Of a stretch of DNA of 64,000 bases, positions 58,942 through 64,000 are shown piece by piece (the stretch's first letter is position 1; each line of letters begins with the position of its first letter). This stretch comes from Setoptus koraiensis (Eukaryota; Animalia; Arthropoda). The notes below the pieces were generated by a model. That model was given only the letters and a program-made list of their open reading frames with translations. It had not been told where the DNA came from and searched no databases. A program made the position numbers and the translations under genes. The DNA lies in contig CM106586.1 in NCBI GenBank assembly GCA_048013815.1, positions 19,964,001 through 20,028,000 on the forward strand, read 5' to 3'.

Positions 58942-60606
58942 ATGAGTAACAGAGTGGGCGACATAGCTATGGCCAACGCTGACCACAACAGCAGCAGCAA
59001 CAACAACAACGAGGCCAAAGCACCGGTGGCCAGTGTGTATCTTGAGAGAATTAAATCATTTGTAGCCAAAGCAAATGACAGCCTTAGTAATCGAGTGTGG
59101 CGCAATAGCGACCGAGACACAGATACATCATCGCAAGACGACGAATACAACGTAGCGGATATACTCACTAATAGGGCTCAAAAATTATCAGATTGTTCTA
59201 GGATATTGAATAATATTACAAAATTTTTTGCCCTGTACCCCATGGACGGTATACCATGGTTTGTGTATATTATTTACAGAGTGATACTTGTGTTTGCAGC
59301 TATGAAACGTTTAATGGACCTAATATCCATATATCAGCCAAAATTGGGCACCGTTACGGAAAATCCTATATCAAAATTGATGTATAGTCTATTTGTGCCA
59401 GCTTATATTTTGCAATTATTTTGCTCATTCACATTGACTTCATTTAACATGGGCCCATTAATTAAGATTTTAAACACAGACAGATTGTTCTTTTTGCCAA
59501 AGCAAAAATTGAAAAAAGTTGCCCTATTATTGACATTGACTATAATAGGTAATTTTGTTGCACACACCATTTTGGTACATCTTTTATTCTATGACGGCTG
59601 GCACAACGCCTTCAGCAACTCCAGCTTCATTAAGATTATCATAGACGGATATCTCACCTATTTAGTCCGTCTTACATTGTTTGGCATTTCTCCATACGAT
59701 TTCTACATTAGGATTTGTTTTGGTTTACAATTACGGGCACTAATCAATTATCACAGGGAGAGCATGATTAATTTGAACAGAATTAGCAAGCGTCAGGTAC
59801 ATCAGATGACCGGACAAGCCAACAAAGATGATGGTGAACCGCTGACGCAACAGCAACAAGATGACAACAATCGCGACAACGACAATGAAACAAAATTAAC
59901 ATTTGGCATCATACAAAAGGCCCTCAACACCATGGACGACCATTTGGAGGCGCTTAGAAAGTCGCAGGGCAACCATTTGAGCACGGTGGCGTTGAACGCC
60001 TTCATTGGGCACGGTTTCATTATATTGCTGATATATTATCAATTGACCGTTGAAAAGGACAAATATCAGAGTATGGTGTTGTTTTGTTATTTTCTCGAAT
60101 ACAACATGGGCTTCTTCTTCACCTACATAGGCGACCATTATCTCAGCTACTGTTTGCGTTTATTTGTGCAACACGTAGAGGACAACTATTACCTGATATC
60201 ATCGTCAAACAAGGCCATTCTAGATCACTCGTCAACGCCCTCGCCATCGCCATTCAGTTCGCCTAAAAAATTTTCGCCGCAACAACCTGTTCACCGCCAA
60301 CAACAACAGCAACCTGCTCGCCAGCAGCAGCATCACCACCAGCAACGCGCCGGCAACAATCATCATCATCTGCATCATCAGCATCAGCGCAAAACCGTCT
60401 CGAGGCATCATCATGCAAACGACAGAGAAAATTCCGATCTTCACGTTAGAAAGCAAGATGTCCAATTTTGCAACGAGTTCTACTATCAATTTTGTTCCCA
60501 TTTGCCTACGCCCTGGTCGCATGTTACATTTACGACTCATCTACATCTAATTAGGACATTTGTGACGCTCATAGCAGCGCAACTGTTATTCACAGATCAT
60601 CACTAG
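58942..60606 (+). CDS. Orphan multi-pass membrane protein with gustatory-receptor-like (7TMIC) topology (554 aa, intronless)
   Basis: About 7 hydrophobic helices, cytosolic-type N-terminus, FALYP pre-TM1 motif, long polar loops after TM4 and TM6, and terminal TPWS.VTF...FVTLIAAQLLF resembling GR TM7. The ORF is certain; the family is inferred. Confidence 0.6.
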   Translation: MSNRVGDIAMANADHNSSSNNNNEAKAPVASVYLERIKSFVAKANDSLSNRVWRNSDRDTDTSSQDDEYNVADILTNRAQKLSDCSRILNNITKFFALYPMDGIPWFVYIIYRVILVFAAMKRLMDLISIYQPKLGTVTENPISKLMYSLFVPAYILQLFCSFTLTSFNMGPLIKILNTDRLFFLPKQKLKKVALLLTLTIIGNFVAHTILVHLLFYDGWHNAFSNSSFIKIIIDGYLTYLVRLTLFGISPYDFYIRICFGLQLRALINYHRESMINLNRISKRQVHQMTGQANKDDGEPLTQQQQDDNNRDNDNETKLTFGIIQKALNTMDDHLEALRKSQGNHLSTVALNAFIGHGFIILLIYYQLTVEKDKYQSMVLFCYFLEYNMGFFFTYIGDHYLSYCLRLFVQHVEDNYYLISSSNKAILDHSSTPSPSPFSSPKKFSPQQPVHRQQQQQPARQQQHHHQQRAGNNHHHLHHQHQRKTVSRHHHANDRENSDLHVRKQDVQFCNEFYYQFCSHLPTPWSHVTFTTHLHLIRTFVTLIAAQLLFTDHH

Positions 60607-63536
60607 ACTCTAGTGACCGGGCTCTGCGGACTAGAGTGACTTTTTGACTTTTAATAATATTCTATCTCTCTATCTTTATCTCTTTAGATGCTCATCTCAC
60701 TTAACTCAATTAATTCTATTTGCAACTCGGAATTTGGCGAACAAAAACGGAATAAATGGCAATCAATGGCATTGCAGCAGCATGGTCGCAATGGCGATAA
60801 AGCGACCAGTGCTGCAAGTCGGCCAACATTGGCCGCTTCAGTACTAACAGCAACAATAAAAACAAATCAATCAATCAATACCTGATTCATTAGTGAATTC
60901 AGCCTTCTCTTCACCGCACTCAATGGCGAGCTTCTTCTTCTTTTATTGTAATGCGGGCGCTCTTCTGGCGCCCATGCACCGGACACTGTCGACTATATCG
61001 CGTTGGGCAGCATGTGAATTGGGCACTATTACTTTAAAGCAATTTAATGAACTTGAAAGATTGCAATATTGTTGTTGAATGATCGATCGAGTATAAATCA
61101 TCAATGCAATGAGATAATTTGCGAACGGGTTCAGCTAACAACTTGGCGGCCATAAACATTAATCGTTAGCGTATTTTATTGGCCCTCGATGAAAATGCCA
61201 TCATATTATTCTGCTGCATAGTGTGGCGAGTTTAGCTGAGCTTTCGCTCTTGTGTGTTTAATTAGTTAGTCAGTCAATTGATGATAAAGAAGGGCTGACA
61301 CCCAGTGGAAAGAAAAGAAGCGCTTGCATGATGCCAGCACTACCCACTAGTCTGATGCAATGTGTGCATATTAGATGATGACGATAATCGTCCCGCGGGC
61401 CGCGCCACACACAACATGAAACAATCAGGTGTCTATAAGGTGAACAAATCTCCCAAATACCGTTATATATCGGCGCCGAAGACTTTCTCCGCCTTGCGAC
61501 AGGTATTGTGAATGAATTGTGTGTTTGTGTGTTAATTGTTGCAGAAACAACAGAGACTTTTGAGCTAATGGCCTCAATTGTTGAATCACTGCTGTGTTTT
61601 TGGCAGCCATTTAATTTGCACTTATTGCCACATGGTGCTGGCAAGATCTGACAATTAAACACATACATTATTTGTAGTATTGCTATTATTGGTTGCGCCA
61701 CTGCAGGCTCTCTCAGCTGGTCGACCGGCCGGCTAGCTTGACGCCCACACCAATGGTAGACTGATGATAAATAGACTGGTGAAATGGTTCGGCTGAAGGG
61801 CGGCTGTTCCGCGGGGCGACCCCATGATGATATACGAATGGCGCTCGGATCGACTAGGGCCAATTTGTTTGCTGTCTCGCTGTTGCTGCTACCTCTCTAA
61901 CTTGTAAATGTACCAACTTGTAATAGTTTACAACAAAGAAAAAGCAGCTAACCAAATGGAACAATAATTTTCGTTAAAACTGCCATACAGTCAATATTGG
62001 CAGTGGGTTAAGCCACCACACAATGCAGCGCCCTAATAGTGCAAATCATGTCGGTCAGCAATCGGCGGAATGGGAGCCACGCGAATAAATTTCCAACAGA
62101 CTATCATTATCACTATCATCATTATTATTACCCTGTGAAAAGGTAAAAATTAGAAACATTTGAGACGCAACAGCATACGCAATACACTTGTCGGCTTGGC
62201 TTGCATACCTGTATACGGCTGGGCTCGGATGGCAAGGCCGCAATGCCGTAAGGAGTGTCCGTGTTTGGCTAATTTCGATTAATCGTGAATAGATTGCCGC
62301 TACTCCGAGCCCAAGTTTGCCCGGTCTGTGCATATCATGCTGTCCATTAGAGATGATGTTAGTTATGATGATGATGAGATCAACACTTGCACATTAGCCT
62401 TAATTTAGCGTCTTGTATGCCGTCTCGTCTTGTCGGTGTTAGCGTGTGATATACTCTTTCGCGCACATATACTTAGGTCTACTATCGGGCAGCAAGCCGA
62501 TCGCCATTACATGATACTACACAAGAGCACACAGTAATCAGCGAGATTGTTATTATCGAAAGGCAGCAGAGCCAACAAAGACGCTTGTGCTGCGACCGCT
62601 GATGATGATGATGATGATTATCTAATCAATTTACGGCCAAATATTAAATATTGTAGATATTTTTTGAGTATATGTGCTGGCTCGCAACAATTTAATTTCT
62701 GGCCAGCTCTCTTTACGGCTGCTCGGCTTCATGTTGTAATGGTTATCTGATTAAGCGCCGGTGCCATCAAGCCAAACTGCCTACCTATGCTTTCGAGCGG
62801 CCAGAGTTGTTGTCGAGCCAGGGTTGTTGCGCGCCCACCGAGACACGAGAAGCTGGCCAGCTAAACAGTGTGAGTGTCCGGCGCGCTGTCCCGCATCAAC
62901 TGACGAACAACATCACCTGATGTGTGCGGCATCAGCAACAACAACGACAGCAACAGCCACATTTGCAGCGAGAAAATCAGATTTGGAGTGCCGCAACAGT
63001 GCTGAGCAGTCACGAAGGCCCGATAGCCGCAAGTGATGCTGGCAGACAAACACGAATCAAGTTTATTGAGCCACAAACGGATGACTCGGCTATTTAGCCG
63101 TCTCATTGTGTTTATTGATATTATTTTATATTATCCTCTCTCTCTCTCTCTCGCCCTCAACAACCCTTTCTTCGGCTGCTAACATGCGATTGTTGTTCGC
63201 CGGCAAGCCATCCACAAGCGCTCAGAGGGCGCACAGTTGCCCAGTGTGGATCGGGGTGGCAGTGTGCTGCTGCTGGCAGTCTCAAAGGAAGTCTAAATAG
63301 ATAAAATAGTGGCGTCTCCATTGCCGTTGCTGCTGCTGTTGTTTGTTGAATGGGAGAATGACGTAACAGAAGCGAAACATTCTCGTTTATTTACGTTAAT
63401 AAAACGCTTTTCCATCGCTACACACACACACATTGTGAGTTTTCAGGTTTGTTTTTGCCGCTGCGGCCGGCAATGGCCACAAACCCAGCGCAACGCCACC
63501 GACCAAACAACTTCCACTTATTACTCTTGCCACACT

Positions 63537-63621
63537 CATGATGGCCACACTCTCTTGCATGATGACCGCACTCTCTTGCATGATGACCACACTTTCTTGC
63601 ATGATGACCACACTCTCTTGC
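63537..63621. repeat. 21-nt minisatellite x4 (CATGATGACCACACTCTCTTG)
   Basis: Four adjacent near-identical copies, each with 0-1 substitution. Confidence 0.95.
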
Positions 63622-64000
63622 AAAGAGAGAAAGAAATAAATAAAAATTGTAACAACAATGAATTTGGCGTTCGGGCTGAAATTGAACGGCCACTCTCAGC
63701 GCTGCCACTTGAGATGTGCAAGTCGCGAGCGATGGCCACTCGGTCGTCCGGTCATCTCGCTCACCAGTGCATATCGTCTCCGTGTCCCTGCCGAGCCACT
63801 GTATTACAGTGACTGTAAGCCCGATGGCGTATGCAAACACCCTTGGTCGGCCGTCAGTTTGTTGATTTGTTTGTTGATTCAATTATTTCGTTCGAGCCGG
63901 CTTGTTGTTGAGCTGCTGTCGCCGTCTGCCGGTGTAACCGCAGCCGGGCCAACCGGCGGCCGTTAGCGGCAGCCGTCACAATTGTTGTTCTACTTGTTGT

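Noticed and set aside
63537-63621. Tandem repeats (also 24716-24829, 38376-38438) as a CRISPR array
   Set aside because: The units are directly adjacent with no unique spacers, there are no cas genes, and the context is eukaryotic.
23405-64000. Dozens of 60-200-aa ORFs in spacers or antisense to real genes (for example 61270-61863, 27520-27924, 63309-63812)
   Set aside because: They are microsatellite-derived low-complexity translations, have alternative starts, or are shadow frames of genuine CDSs.
23405-64000. Search by eye for conserved miRNAs, tRNAs, snRNAs, hammerhead cores and tarsal-less LDPTGxY smORFs
   Set aside because: Only partial seed-length matches were found; none extended to a full recognisable element. 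A formal Infernal or miRNA scan was not possible.

Overview
Eukaryotic (animal) genomic DNA with a compact, intron-poor organisation. Gene content and style suggest an acariform mite, possibly eriophyoid-like (inference, not proven). I can support about 22 protein-coding loci. Fifteen have an uninterrupted CDS, including a 6.35-kb SBF/MTMR13 ORF; only 12 canonical GT-AG introns were found, in 7 genes. Tight housekeeping clusters: BBOX, COMMD5, Salvador-like, PLA2G15, FEN1 and CHIC at 0-7 kb; SUCLA2, THAP, Sgo-like, TSSK and ATP6V0B at 34-41 kb; Rbfox-like, DMAC1-like, AK6, FASTK-like and SBF at 43-54 kb. These alternate with microsatellite-rich non-coding tracts around a 6-exon Stubble/CG8170-type transmembrane serine protease, Orai, and a divergent 7-TM gustatory-receptor-like gene. 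The best leads are a domesticated THAP/P-element-derived gene, a GR-like 7TM orphan, a WW-less Salvador ORF 28 nt upstream of a COMM-domain-only COMMD5 ORF, a divergent shugoshin-like ORF, a truncated Rbfox paralog and repeated protein-domain loss. No rRNA, tRNA, CRISPR array or intact transposon was recognised. All family assignments are from remembered motifs; no database search was run.
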